A stretch of 20,000 bases of DNA from NCBI GenBank assembly GCA_013265495.1, contig MU057981.1, positions 181,681-201,680 of the forward strand. Reading direction: 5' to 3'. The notes under the pieces were generated by a model, which was not told where the DNA came from, did not search any database, and saw only the letters and a program-made list of their open reading frames with translations. The translations under genes and the position numbers were made by a program. The stretch comes from Vicugna vicugna (Eukaryota). Positions 19,512-20,000 of the stretch are shown in pieces; within the stretch, counting starts at the first letter, position 1, and every line of letters begins with the position of its first letter.

Positions 19512-20000
19512 TTTTTTTAACCTTTTTTATTGATTTATAAACATTTTACAATGTTGTGTCAAATTCCAGTGTTCAGCACAATTTTTCAGTCATCCATGGA
19601 CATATACACACTCATTGTCACATTTTTTTCTCTGTGATTTATCATAACATTTTGTGTATATTTCCCTGTGCTATACAGTGTAATCTTGTTTATCTATTCT
19701 ACAGTTTTGAAATCCCAGTCTATCCCTTCCCACCCTCTACCCCCCTGGTAACCACAAGTCTGTATTCTCTGTCCATGAGTCTATTTCTGTCCTGTATTTA
19801 TGCTTTGTTTTTGTTTGTTTGTTTGTTTTTGTTTTTGTTTTTTAGATTCCACATATGAACGATCTCATATGGTATTTTTCTTTCTCTTTCTGGCTTACTT
19901 CACTTAGAATGACATTCTCTAGGAGCATCCATGTTGCTGCAAATGGCATTATGTTCTCAGTTTTTATGGCCGAGTAGTATTCCATTGTATAAATATACCA
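19512..20000 (-). mobile_element. Young camelid-type L1 3' end, running off the window; includes a (TTTG/TTTTTG)n tract at ~19803-19843
   Basis: T-run, then TTTTTTATTGATTTATAA...TGTGTCAAATTCCAGTGTTCAGCACAA...TAGATTCCACATATGAACGATCTCATATGGTATTTTTCTTTCTCTTTCTGGCTTACTTCACTTAGAATGA...GTATTCCATTGTATAAATATACCA. Confidence 0.92.

Overview
This is mammalian genomic DNA, most likely camelid (alpaca/camel). The call rests on a tRNA-Ala-derived Vic-1-type SINE and a young L1 3' end, recognised from memory rather than by search. The window is repeat-dominated and I can support no named protein-coding gene; the supplied ORFs look like chance ORFs. The centre holds a complete, old, minus-strand class I (MER41/MER4-like) provirus at 7251-15134. 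It has two diverged LTRs, a tRNA-Arg primer-binding site and a PPT. No gag/RT is recognisable, only relics of the integrase C-terminus and of an internally deleted env. A younger, oppositely oriented 642-bp solo LTR with an AGAT target-site duplication (TSD) is nested in its 5' LTR. The provirus split a GC/CpG-rich degenerate tandem repeat, and its TSD appears to have decayed from CCGG in opposite directions (CTGG left, CCAG right). The flanks carry L2, MIR, MaLR/ERVL LTRs, old and young L1, a SINE, a possible retrocopy inside an L2, candidate microexons and a 62-N assembly gap. I found no convincing novel biological system; the interest lies in the layered retroelement history and a few testable candidates.
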